Shown in pieces: positions 22,001 to 35,011 of a stretch of DNA of 47,490 bases. Origin of the DNA: Azolla caroliniana. Its lineage: Eukaryota; Plantae; Polypodiophyta. The position numbers and the translations under genes are program-made. The stretch lies in assembly GCA_043228905.1 (NCBI GenBank), contig JBHGNT010000232.1, forward strand, positions 1 through 47,490, written 5' to 3'. Below the pieces are notes generated by a model that saw only the letters and a program-made list of their open reading frames with translations, did not search any database and had not been told where the DNA came from. Each line of letters starts with the position of its first letter. Position 1 is the stretch's first letter.

Positions 22001-23332
22001 TTCATACCCAAAGTATTCAAAAAATTAGGATGGCAAGATTTATCCAAAGAAACGTCTAACAAAGGAACATGATTGGAAGATCTTTTCTGGTCTTCTAGAG
22101 TTTCAAAGTCCAAGCAACGCCTTCGAATTCCAGCCTATAGGCAAAATAAGCAAAAAGGGCAACAATTCAGGATTAATTACATAAAACAATTGTTGATAAA
22201 TGGAAGGAACTACTACTAAATGCTAACCCTGCAGGAGACTTGTTGCGTGCTTTCGTCACACACTTGGTCATTGTTATGGATATGAGTGGGCATAGAATAA
22301 GAATCTCCACTGCCATGTAAGTCGATTTTTTGTGTAGTTTCTTCTACTGTCCTTTGCATTGGTGCAGACAATATGGAAGGAATTTGTCGCGAAGGAATCC
22401 CTTCTCTCCAGGATGCGATCCCCGAGCCATTAACTGGATTACCACACATGAAATCATTCGGAATTCCTTCCTCGTTCGCATATTCACACATAGTAGCCAG
22501 TGGGTGGAGATCAAAGCTTTTCAATGCCGGGGCATAATCTCGGGGGACGAGGTTAATTCGAGATGTGGCATCTAATGATTCTTCTTCGACACTCAAACCA
22601 CAAGGCGGGGCGCATGGATTTGTGGCTCCTAATTTGTCACCTCGCATCAGATTGGTATCGAGATTGGTTGGTGAGCTTGAATTTGAAGATGATGTGAGAT
22701 ATTCTTGTTGTTCAGGGATTAATTTGTTGTTAACAGGAGAGGCCAACAGTGAGGATTCGATGGTAAATTTACTCTTCTTTCCTGTCATAGTGTTGTCAAG
22801 CATGCTTGTAAAGATTTTCCTACACATAGCAGCAATGGCACAAACAAGCAAATAAATTACAACACAAGTCCTGCTATTGATTGAGAACAACATGGCAGAC
22901 AATACATGTACATGTATGTAAACAAATTAATTAAAGAATCGAGTAATATACAAATTTCTATACCTTTTGGTATAAGAAGTATTGTCTTTCTGCCTCCTCT
23001 CATCCTCAGCTGATCTGCTCCTGCTACTCTCTTTGGGTGATACAAAGACTGAAGGTGGGGGTGCGAAGCTGAGCTCTGAGAAGGTCTGTGCTACCACATG
23101 CCTGGATCTTACTGGCTTGATGGGTGAGAGACTGCACAGGAAGTGGAAAAATGGAGAGCCCTGCATATTACACATGCATGCAGGTTATGAAGAAGAATAA
23201 GAAGATTTACAAAAACAGTGATATGATTATTTTGATCGTTGTGAATTAATTGGTTTTTGCCGACTTCCACACCTGTCCATCGGGGTTCAGAACAATGGGA
23301 GTTCTCTCAGGTGAACCCATCCCGGCTGCCAT
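19017..23332 (-). CDS. Tesmin/TSO1-like CXC (CPP/CRC-domain, LIN54-like) transcription factor, 10 exons, ~1019 aa
   Basis: Exons 23332-23273, 23160-22964, 22819-22228, 22134-21338, 21217-21140, 21053-20870, 20704-20606, 20420-20354, 20209-20032, 19824-19017 (3060 nt, phases consistent). Motifs: [30 protein letters not shown]1 [25 protein letters not shown], linker [13 protein letters not shown]2 [27 protein letters not shown]-terminal SPQQKRV..GRKFIL. Acceptors at 22819 and 20704 are less certain. Confidence 0.92.
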
Positions 23333-23719
23333 CGCTCTGTTTTTTCAGCTTTCTTTTATAGAGATATTATGTATGTATGTATGATTCAAAAAAATTATAA
23401 GATCACTAAGCTGTATAATCTCATCATGACCACAATGGAGTTGATGATCGATTTCGGTCTTTAGGTCAGAAAGAAAAAAACAGAATATCAATTCAATATA
23501 CAGAATAGATTTGCTTTACTTCGATGTTTGTTTATTTTGCATGTATATAAAGAAAGGAGTAATACAAACAAAACAAAATCGAAGCCAATGGAGAAGCTTT
23601 CAATTCTGGTAATGGAAAGGTAGAGAAAGAAGGCGAATGAGAAGAAGAAGAGAGGATAAAACATCTACTGGCATGAATAGAAGGCAGATTATGAGTCGTA
23701 ATGGAGACGCTACTAAATG

Positions 23720-24420
23720 ATGGTGGACACAGAAGAAGAAGAAGAAGAAGAAGAAGAAGAAGCGCGAATGGTTGATGGATTGGTGAAGATGATATGGTGC
23801 ATTAGGAAATGGCAGAGCAGAGAAGAGCAAGAGAGAGAGATTCTCCCGTGAGAGAGAGATCCTCAGTTTCTCTCTCTATGCTCTCTCTCTCTCTCTGTGT
23901 GTGCTCTGCTCTGCTCTCTGTTTCCTGCTTTTCTCTGTCAGAAGAACAGAGAGCATAACAGAGAGTGAGTGTGTAACAATATCGGCTCTGCATCTCTCTC
24001 TCTCTCTCTCTCTCTCTAGAATCTCTTCTTCAATACATACATACAAAAGGGCCCGCCCTCTCGCCCATGTGTGCGTGCTGTACATACATACATACATACA
24101 TGTACCTAGAGAGAGAGACAGAGAGAGCGTGCGTGTTATGTGTCATCCTCTCTCTACAGGGCCATAACCTATAAGTTATAACTACCTCCCAATCCATACC
24201 TTACCATACCATACCATACCATACCCATACCATACATAGATAGTCAGTCGAGCATCCTCATCATCTCTCTAGAGCGCCACTTTAAATGCCCCTCACTCAT
24301 GTTCGGTGCCATCCTCTCTCTAGGAAAACACATCAATCAAACCCCCCCCCCTCCTCCCCACCTCCTCTATGGGGTGCCATCCTCTCTCTATGAACAAGCC
24401 ATCCTCTCTCTAGATGCACA
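23720..24420 (-). promoter_or_regulatory. Probable promoter/5' UTR of the CPP gene, rich in (GAA)n, (GA/CT)n and (ACCAT)n tracts
   Basis: Microsatellite-dense block directly upstream of the start codon; GGGCCC near 24050; E2F-like ATTCGCGC (minus, 23762-23769). TSS cannot be determined. Confidence 0.5.
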
Positions 24421-25122
24421 TCGATGTCATCCCACCCCTCCCCTTCCCTCTCTAAAACCTCAAACGATTTTTCTCTTCCTTTCAGAAATTGTCATAACTA
24501 CCCTCCAAAAAAAGCGGTCGTCTTCAACTTTTCCAAAATTACAAATACTACCCCTCCCTTATTTGGTTGCCCTTCCTTCCCCCTTCATGTGTTTGTTGTA
24601 CACATATTGTCTTCTGTAGCCAACTCTTCTCTTCTTTTGGCCCACTCACTCACTCTCCGGACAACAAACAAGCAACATGAGCATTTAGACACCCCTCCCC
24701 CCCAATAAACACGAACCTATCTATGCAACACACATAAACACCAATGTTTTTACTACCCTTGCTTTTGTCCTCGCCTCTCTTATTATCCTTCTCTTCCCTT
24801 TGCCTTTCATATGTTTATCTCGACCATGAGATCGAAATTTAGATCCTCTTTGTTGTACCAATAGATATGAAATCTCCTTCCTTGCATGTGGAAAGTTAAT
24901 GTCTCCATATCTTACATGTGTGTGTCACCCGTCCCGCCCCCATTGACATCCTACATTTATCCCAATATTGTGCTCCTAATGTCACTCATGATCTTGCGCA
25001 TTATTACAAATCACTCAAATCGGTTAGGGCATGTCGATGTATGCAATACATATGTTTGTGCATCCTTAGGTGTACATGTTGATGCATGTGTGTGTGCATT
25101 TTAGGTGTACATGTTGCAACTT

Positions 25123-25159
<37 letters not shown>

Positions 25160-27317
25160 GTGTGTGTATGGGGGTGGCACACACCAAAATAGGGTGTTCT
25201 TGTTTGTTTCATATCCAATAGTAACAACCGCGAAAAGGGCGCAGAATCAACCTCTCAAAATCCCTCCAAAAATATACAATAAAGGCATGAGAACTTGAGG
25301 AGGAGGATATTGATTCATAATGGATCCAAAAGAAGGATTCAAGTGCACACATCTGAGTAAATGGGCATCTCCATCAAGTAACTTAATCTTGCTATTTGGG
25401 TGCTAGCCTCGCTGACCATTCTTGACTTTATGCAATTATCTATGGTCAAGGAAGTTGTGATGGCCCATTATCTTTTGCAAAGCTTTGTCTACCTTCCACA
25501 ACACGATGGTTACATCTTCCTCAAATGATGCCTGGCATAGAGTTCACTATTTTGCCCATTGCATGAGCCTTTTTAATCACATCAATAATGCCTTTCAGCT
25601 TTTGTTTGCTTCTAACACCCATGTGTTTGCTTTCACGTCAAATCTAGCGCCATGAAAATGTGTGATTTTTATAGGCTAAAAATGTGTTGAGCTTAGGTAG
25701 GGCATGAAATGTTACAATAATGACATTGAGTGGAAAAGGCAATTCCACAATGAGAGCTTTGTACTCAACTACATTGTGTGATTCATTGTAGTTTTTTGAG
25801 GGAAATACAAAATATGCCCGACAATGCTACCAAACCAAATTCATCACATTATTACCAAATGGCTCTTTATGCCTTTTGAAGACACGCTTCGACATTGACA
25901 ATCTTTACTAGTTGTTGAACTTCGCCTTCAATATTGACTCTTGCATACATGTCAGATATCACAACATTTGGCTTTCTCTATTTGATAGAAACAATGGTCA
26001 ATAATGTATAGTAGTGGGGAGAATGTGCTCGGTATACGCAATCACAACAACTCTCTGGTTGTGCATTTGTAACTTGTGTGCAAACACACATGTGAAAGCA
26101 AATGTCACTGCAAAAATTAAATTTAATAAAGGTTCTTTTGTATAATAACTCATCCCCATATTCTGGATTAAGTTCTAAGAGAGCTAAAGGGTCATAATAT
26201 GTAATAAATTGTTTCAATTATGTCTCATACAATGGACAATGCCTCCTTTCCATCTTGAATATAATGGTAAGAATCTTAAAAAATATACCAACTTTTAGTA
26301 GGAATCCTAGAAAAGACCAATATACTTCTATTAGGCTTTTGCTTCCTTTGTAGGACATTTCATCGACACTTGATCGGCTTTTAGTGAAGGAGAGCATCCT
26401 TTTCTCGAATGTTGGAGTGTAATAATTGATTGTGGGCATATGAAGACATTGGGGCAATGCTCAAATCGATGTTCTGTAACAATGTTGAAATGCACATGCA
26501 TGTGTATATGCAATGTATAAAAAGATAATATTAATGGAAAAAACTGTAGTTGAGACATTATTATTATTAATGTGCATAATATTGTTAGAGAACATTTCAT
26601 GTGCCCCTTCTAGTTTGGTGGAAGGACACAACAAATGTTTGTGGTCATCAACATTGTACACCTTATAATCAAGCATGTAGCATGATGCCTTGATGCATTC
26701 CTTGATTGACCAACACTGACTTTCTTTCAATGAACCCATGAATGGAAGACATTATTCTCAAAGTTTATGTGATTTATATATCTCATGTCTTTGTCGATAT
26801 AAGGAAAACTTCAATGCATCTAATTTGCAATCATGACAAAGATTTTTCAACGATGAATTGTCTCAAAATAGAATGGGATTTTCCATATGTTTTCCCGTTA
26901 CATTCTACTTTGTTATCGTAAGTAACTTTCATTGTCACACATCTTACCTCCTACATAGGTATGATAACCAAATACTCCCATATCAATTAACATCACCTTC
27001 AAGTATCTTGTTGGCCACTCACTTGTGCAAAAACACATACACAAAATATTTCTGAATTAAAATATAACATGAGCATACTCGATTATGTTAATGTATGATT
27101 ATAGAAAGGGGCGAGCTTTAATGTTGCAATAACATGGTATTCACAAATAATGTTGCATATTATTTATCACCAACGAGTACATTCATATCACGTAATGGAT
27201 TAGACTTATCATTGGTAGGATCTCTTATTGAATACTTAAGTTTTTTCTAATCTTACTTATATATTTTTCATGTCTTTTACGAGGTGAAGCAAAATGAGAG
27301 TTTCAGTTGGGCTTGTT

Positions 27318-27502
27318 GCCCATGTCCATCTCTTTCTCTAAATACATTTTTTTTTCATTTGTCTTCTATTAATATTCAACTATTAGTAGTACACATGCAT
27401 TATTCTCAACAAGCCCATGTCTTTCTCACTCTCTAAATACATATTTTTTCCTTTGTTTTCTATTGATATTCAACCATTAGTAGTACACATGCATTGTTCT
27501 GA
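27318..27502. repeat. 95-bp tandem duplication
   Basis: GCCCATGTC...TAGTAGTACACATGCATT at 27318 and 27413. Confidence 0.8.
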
Positions 27503-28710
27503 ATATCCATAATACATATACTTAGATTCGTTTTGTTGCATCTACACAAATTGGATTTTTCTAATAACTTTTGCATAGAATTTTAGTTAAATCAAAACAA
27601 AATAGTCGTGTCTTTATCAAAGGAGACTTAATGTTGTAGCAATAATGCTCACTCAATACCAAAGGTTTTTGATGTTTCATATCACATAGAACTTAAACAT
27701 TATTGTATGATAAAGTAAAGTGCATCTCTGCTTATGAAGACAATACTCTCGTAAGAATTATTAGTTAAGATAGATATCAATATAATAGTTGTTCCATTTA
27801 TAAACATCATGTGGGATGCACAACATTGACTAACTAGGTGTTCATTTCATGACATCAATGTTCTCTATGTTGATAAGAAGATGATGGAAAATCCAATGAA
27901 CATAGGTATACATCCACAACATACTTGCCATGAAAACGATCACATTAAATTTGATCAATCCTTGATAGACAATGTGACATTGTTGCCTTAGATAAGGTTC
28001 ACACATTCTTGCCTGACCACCAATATAGCATTCTCAAAATCGAAAGTAAATGGTAACGAATTCACAGGCTATGGAGATTTGGAGTGGCAAATGACACGAT
28101 AAAGACAGTCAAGCTATGATATAATGAGCCCTTTTAAAAAAGCATTACCATATTGTTTTGAGCGCATTGTGGCCTTAGTGTGCATGAAACAAAAATGACT
28201 AGATTATTACTTTAGAATAAAATCCCCGCGTTGATGCATGCCCTTTGTTGAATGTGTGGTGATTGAATATATGTGAAGGAAATAAATTGTATCTAGGTTG
28301 TTTTGAAGTGTCTAATGATGCAAACATATTTGTTGAAAACATTCCTCGGGGACAAGAAATACTAGAGTTGTATGGAAGGAAACACAAAATCAATCTTCGA
28401 AGTCCATCACATCAACATTGGAAAGGATTGTCCATGTTGTATGGTGTCAGAGGATAAATAGTAGTTTTCTTTGATATCCATGTGAACTCAAATTTGACTC
28501 TATCTAATGTTCTTCCATCTTTATTTTATATGCATGACATCTCATGCCAAATTCTAAGATGAATGAGAATTAATTGTGAAATTAGGAATGATTGCAAGAT
28601 CGGACAAAACTTTGTAATGTTATTACGAGAATATTGCACTAAAGTCCATTAGTTATGCCTTACACCTATCATAGAGATAGAAACAATCATTGATTATTTG
28701 TGCAAAGTAT

Positions 28711-28762
28711 AGAATAAACCAACACGTCTCTAATGGAGAATAAACCAACACGTCTCTAATGG
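28711..28762. repeat. Perfect 26-bp tandem duplication
   Basis: AGAATAAACCAACACGTCTCTAATGG twice. Confidence 0.95.
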
Positions 28763-29821
28763 ACAATCATCTCGATTGGTAGTCAAATCATCTCCACGAA
28801 ATATTGTGGCCAATATGCCAAGTTTTGAATGCCATTTTCACATTTAGTACATGCGCGCAATGGCAAATTTGGAGACCCAATAAAGTTGCTACTTGTATAT
28901 CTATCCCTTTTCGAACATTCCCGAGAACTAAGAAACATTGATACTCATACATTAAGGTGGTGTTGGATTTACATTTTTCCATAAGTAGGCAATTTGTTGT
29001 CCAAGAAGATATGACTTGGAGAAAACAAAAATTGAGCAATCAACAATGGTGTCACAAAATAAAAAAATCTATCTACTATACCCATTGCCCAAGAAGAAAT
29101 TGGAAAGCATAGTTTTGTAAAGTTTCGTCTTATCATTGCTATACTACTTGCTTACATTAAATTAAGAAAGGTGCAAGAAGGCTAGCTTCATCCCTATACA
29201 ATTTAATGGCTAGAACATTAATGGCTTGTGTCTAAAGATGATGGACAAGGATTTATGTCTTCTCTTGGTGGCAATGAATAGGGTAGGGCAAATAACCCAC
29301 ATAGTCGATGATGACTATGATTGGGATCTTCTAGGTTGTATCAATATGTGATGTTTTGGGTTTGGTGTAGTCCACCTTTCGGTAGGGTGATTTAGAGAGC
29401 TTTCACGTGAAGAAGAGAGCTTTGGCTATTTTATATTTTTGGGGTTCAATTGAAATGGATGTGGACAATGGTTGGTTAGGGATGTTATCATGGATTTTGA
29501 CATTCGTTTTCCTATCTAGCACCATCTTATTTAAGAGTCCAAACGAGTAGCAATGAGAAATATTATCGTGTGGAGGTAGGTAGCACAAGTTGTGTTAGTG
29601 TAGAACAACAATGAGTCATGATATATATAGCACATAGCTAGGTTTTTTGGGGGAGGGGGTTTGAAGTGTTGATGAGAGAAGAAATGGAAGTGGCACAACA
29701 TAGATGATTGTTGAGTTGCATGTATGTATGTTATGCGTCGGGACTCGGACTCGGACTCGAGGGGGGCGAGATGGCACAACTAGGAGGAACATGAGAACCA
29801 TCGATTCATTGGGATGTGGAG

Positions 29822-29863
29822 ACACACACACACACACATACACACACACATGACACATGACAC

Positions 29864-29916
<53 letters not shown>

Positions 29917-29960
29917 GAGAGACGAGAGGGTAGTTCATTGGGATGATGATGATGATGATG
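29822..29960. repeat. Compound microsatellite (CA)n-(GA)n-(GAT)n
   Basis: Directly visible. Confidence 0.9.
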
Positions 29961-32097
29961 GATGTGAAGGCCCTAAAATTTTCATTTTCCCGCTCATTGC
30001 TTATTTTTTGGTCTTATTTATTTTATTTTCCGAAAGTAATTAAATAATCAAATAATTAAATTATATATCTGGGACTGTCCTTTTCACACAGGGCATGCAT
30101 GGGCACGGGCGGCCGCCCATTTCAAGCACGCGCACCACACGGATGCCACGTCAGCAAAGCAAGCTGGGCCCACCCCCGGATCACGGCTCATGAGTCGTAT
30201 AGACTGATGATAATAATAATAATAATCATAATAATTATTTTCTTATTTCCTCTTTCCAGATATTTACTTGTTTTCAACCTTTTAAGGAATAAAGAAGGAA
30301 AAACGTAAAAACAAAAAACACATCCTTGGGGATCTGGGCTTTTATATGTATATCTAATTTACTTCTTACAATTACAATAAAAATAAAAATATGTATATGT
30401 ATGTGAATATGAGATGTTGTGTTATTAGTAATTTACCCCGTGCGTAGATGGCATCGACGATATAAGGGCCCCAAGTGTTGGACACTTTTCTCATCATTTC
30501 GTTGTTCTCTTGTTCTCTTTCTTTTTTCTTTTTTCCTGTTTCCATGTGCCACCCAAGTGTCTCCAACCACCCTTAGAACTCATTAGTTCCTTCTGGTCCT
30601 CTTTATGCGCCCTAGGGGCTCCCAAGTTGCCATTGCTTTGATTTGCATTGTTATTGTTTAATGTTGTACGAAAGGAAATATCAATGACAAATTGTTGCAC
30701 CTCTCTCTCTCTCTCTCTCTCTCTCGTAAATAGTACTAGTTATGAACTATCTATGTGAGAGAGAGCACTCTCCTTGGTTTGACACACATGATTTGTTTTT
30801 GATACAAATCATCGCTTCATTGACACTCTAAGTCCCCCACCACATAGATCGTTGAGAAAAGTTGTATTTGTTTTGACACTTCAATTTTCACTATATGTAG
30901 GGGGAAGGTTTACATAATGTAGTGATTGTCAAAGGTCAAAATCAACATTTTGGGTTGATTGACTCCTAGGAATTGATATGTAGCATTAATTCCCGATATC
31001 ATATTGTTAATGGCTCGCCATGATCTGAGACTTTTTTAACCATCATTTGGTTTAAAGGTGATGCAAGATTCATAATTGTTATGAATTTAACAAAGAGAGG
31101 ACATAGTCGATGTGTCATCATGTGAGCCGGTTATTAATATTCCAAACATTTATCAATATCAATATGTTTTGTGATGATAATTCCAAGTTAAAATGTGTCT
31201 ATGTTTTAAATAATTAATAATATGACAAGACCTTCATATTCTTCAAAATAATATCGCTTAATTTGATGCATTGCAATTAGTCATTAGTCGAAGGCAAAGT
31301 TAGCCATTCATACTTGTTTACAAACTTTACCTTTTGTTGCACAATACGATATAAAAACATAGTATGGATGGATTGCAATTAGTCCCTTGTACTTTTCCAA
31401 ACTATACACTGCATACTTTGCACAATAGGATACAAATGCCTATTGTGGAAAAGATACTCATAATTATAGGTACCTGGGTTATGCAACATGGAGATAGAGC
31501 CCATTATACACGGTGACATATCACCTCTCTACATGTGAAAATACTTGAATGGACACATATGGTATGGTAGATTATACATAATATATCACATATCTACAAT
31601 GTATATATACCAAGACATTTGTCAAATTGCCACATTTAGTAGAGCCTATTTTAAATGCCATATTTTTTCCATGGTAGAGATCTAGAGACACACTAGTAGG
31701 AAAAGGTTTTGTGTTATATGCCCATGTCAAATGAATGTCCTTTTGTGAAGGTCAATGTTGTGGGGTGTGTGTATAGTAAATTGGTATATGAAGGCTATAT
31801 ATATCTATCTACGTAGGTTCGAATCTCATGTGTATGCAAAGGGGAATATGACACGCTTTGCACAATATGTAGCTTGCCCCATTGCATGTTCCCTCATGGT
31901 CATTCATGCATGGAGACACCCTACACACCTATAGGACCCCATCGACCATACATTGAAGACTAAAGTAATTGAGGGGAGAGATAGTGTGATGCAATAAGAT
32001 TATGAAAAAGTCATTATACACATACCTCCCCCATATACTTGATCCCATATATGTAATATCGAGTATTGAGTGTAGGTTCATTCCATGTGCATCATCG

Positions 32098-32268
32098 CGT
32101 CATATAACTAAATAAGATTGTCTACATCCTAGCACAACTCCCCCTCTCTCTCTCCCTCTCTCTTTCGAAATGCTTTTGTCCTCGGAGTATATCCTCCCGT
32201 CATATAACTAAATAAGACTATTCACATCCTCACACTACACCCTCTTCTTGGAGACGCTTTTGTCCTCG
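32098..32268. repeat. ~100-bp tandem duplication
   Basis: CGTCATATAACTAAATAAGA at 32098 and 32198; GCTTTTGTCCTCG in both units. Confidence 0.8.
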
Positions 32269-32992
32269 AAAGAGATTGGGAAATCTTATCCATTGTCCCA
32301 ACAACTTAACATGGAAAAGCTCCATATGTTATAATCATGTAAAGGTGTGACTATAATTGCTATAAACACTATATCCACATGTATCTATGCACTTGAATAA
32401 TGATATGACTTTACCAACAACAAACACTTGAACACCTTTAGATGCAACTACATGAACCCATTCATTCATCATGGCAGTGAGGGCCAAAAACCTAAAATAA
32501 CTTCAAAGCAACCTCTCTACTCTTGCAACAATAATATATATTTGTGAATGGTGTAATGCATTTAAATAGAAATGTTTCCTGTTTTGTATAATGTACGCAT
32601 ATCTAAGACTTTTGATAAGTGCAAAAGTGTTTAAAATAGCATGAGGTAATTTCCTTTTATCATGTCCCCCTGTTTTCAACATTAATATTTGTGGTGTTCC
32701 AACTTAAAAATGATGGAAGTGAAATTCCTTTAATTTTAGGCAAATATGTTGGTATTATTACCCCTCACATCAAGCACAATATTTGTCCTACCTTTGTAAT
32801 TTTAGAAATATTACCTTATGGCCTTGGCCAAAAAGCCAATATAGTGGCACATGCTCATATGTGTATATTCTAACATTTTACAACTATAATTTCATCACAA
32901 AATTAGCCATTCATTTTGAGGGACCACAATGCTACATTAGTATCCTTAGTAGGCAATGAATTATGTTCTCTCCCCTCAATATACCCATAAAC

Positions 32993-33733
32993 TAGGAATC
33001 GACAACGGTTCGGTTTAGGCTTAACCGGTTTGGCTTGGATAAGGCCAAACCGGTTAAGCCTAAACCGTTTTGGGGTTCTCAAACCTAAACTGAACCAAAC
33101 CGAATCGATCCCTAAACCGGTTTGGGACAAAAAAGCTGAAGAAACCCAAAAAAACACCACTACCACTACCACTTCCTCCTACTCTTCTCCTCCTCCTCAT
33201 GACGCCCACCCCCTCGGCCTTACCACTGGTGAGTCGAAATTCAACTCCAAGTCCCACCTCCACGACTCCCTCTTCGTAGACTACTATGATTGGTCGGCTG
33301 ACATCCACAAATCCCCTGCCTCCCACCACCCGAACCAGGAGTCCCGAGGCTATGGCGACCTCTCACTCTTGGTGATCCAATCCATCTCCAAAGAATGTAT
33401 ATAATAGGAAGGAGGTTCTCTGATAATTCACTATTCAAGCTCCTTGTCCCTCTCTTTTCCTCCCTCTCTTGTCACTCAATAGTTTGTTGCCTATGGCTTC
33501 CTGTTAGTCTCTCTGTCAACTTTCAAGTTCTAATGTCTAACTTCTAACTCTCTAATTTCTAACTTTCTAAACCCTAATTCTTAAATCACATAAGCGGCTT
33601 AAATGGTTTGACAAGGCTCAAGTCAAGCTGATCCGAGCTCAAATCGTTTAGGTAGCCTCAAGCCTAAACCGAGCCGAGCCACTAAGTTGTTAAAAATCAG
33701 TTTAGGCTTGAGTCGAGCCATTGCTGATCCCTA
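32993..33733. mobile_element. Non-autonomous hAT-type DNA transposon / MITE (741 bp)
   Basis: Imperfect TIRs TAGGAATCGACAACGGTTCGG and (reverse complement) TAGGGATCAGCAATGGCTCGA; 8-bp TSD ccataaac (32985-32992) / ctataaac (33734-33741); AAACCG and GAGCC subterminal repeats. Confidence 0.82.
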
Positions 33734-34371
33734 CTATAAACTACATGGAGTAATACAAAAATTTAATATTAGAGGGTGTAATGGCGAGAGAACGGGTTTT
33801 TGAAGAAGCTCAAATATTGCTCTTACGTGCTCTCTTTCTTACACACATGTCCTTGGCGATGATTGGTGTGAAGGGTGGCCAAGTCATATTGGTTGGCCTA
33901 ACAAATGGTTAGGTACATTTGGCTTTGGGGGATTGTCCATCTTGTTGAAGGTAGTCTAGTTAAGCAAGTTGAGCTTGTGGCGGGTTAAGTATGGGTAGTG
34001 GGTCATGCCTGATGGATCTAGTCATCTAGTCATTAGAGAGGTGGGTCAATTAAGTTGGTTGTGTGGTGTTGTGATGTGGGGCACACATAGGAGGAAATAA
34101 GTTAAACAACAAATATTAAAATGGTTGAATTATAAAGATAAGGTGTGGTATGAAGGACAAGTAGCGTGTTGCATTTGAAAACAATAAAGAAGTCTTAGCT
34201 CAATTGCTAAGAACTTGTAATATGAGTGAAATGGAAAAATAGAGCGTGTAATTGGGAAAGGAAAAGCATGATGCATGCTAAAATAAAAAACAATCACTAA
34301 CTTTATTCTGGAGAGAGCATCTTTCATTCTATAAAAGGGAGAAGATTACTCATTGTTTGGGGGGAAGAAAG

Positions 34372-34981
34372 TGTTGGAATTACGGTCCCTTTCGGATGGG
34401 ATGGTCGGATGTCAATACCGACGAGCCCGGTTTCGGTTTCGGATCCGGATGATGAAGACCCCGGCTTCGGTGCCGGATGACAGATGTACCCAGAGAGCGT
34501 TCCGGATACAGGGACATATCCGTGAATATGTTCGCTATGGGCCCCTGAGGCTATAGTTGTAAATAGCCCAAAGTCATATAAGTATAAATATGACTTAGGG
34601 CAAATAGTTTTGAGTTGCTGCTTATTTTTTCTGTTTTTCCACTCAAGGGGAGTGAAGCGAGAGCAGCCGCGAGAGAGAGAGAGAGATAGAGCGCGAGAGA
34701 CGAAGAGGTAGACGCCTCTGTGTATTTCCGCCGCCTGTGGCGAGGACAGCGAGCTCAAGGTCGTCGCCTTGCAGCTCGCCATTGTATACTTCTCTGTATA
34801 GTGTTTGGTTTGGAGTCTTGTACTCCCGTGGTTTTTCCCGTCTAGGGTTTTCCACGTTAATCCCTGTGTACTCGCGTTTTATTTTGTTTCTACGTGTGGT
34901 TCCTATTTTCTGCTCCATTGACCCGCGATTAATCGGTTGTGGCCGACTGAAGAAGGTGAATAGAAGGTTCGATTCCCAACA
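34372..34981 (+). repeat. 5' LTR of Copia F
   Basis: TGTTGGAATT...TTCCCAACA; TATA motifs at ~34577-34590. Confidence 0.97.
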
Positions 34982-34984
34982 AAC

Positions 34985-34996
34985 TGGTATCAGAGC
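34985..34996 (+). promoter_or_regulatory. PBS (tRNA-iMet) of Copia F
   Basis: TGGTATCAGAGC, 3 nt after the LTR. Confidence 0.95.
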
Positions 34997-35011
34997 GAGC
35001 TGTTGCAGAAA

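Noticed and set aside
23890-23975. miR156/529-like sequence in the GA-rich leader
   Set aside because: Only low-complexity resemblance; no mature-miRNA match or precursor hairpin.
25200-29000. Possible decayed DNA-transposase or gene remnant (Cys/His-rich fragments near 25980-26200)
   Set aside because: No motif or termini could be confirmed by eye; BLASTX is needed.
34940-34977. B-box GGTTCGATTCC at the U5 end of the Copia F LTR with A-box-like TGGCCGACTGA
   Set aside because: Spacing (27 nt) is well below tRNA spacing, and the motif is not kept in the related Copia B LTR.
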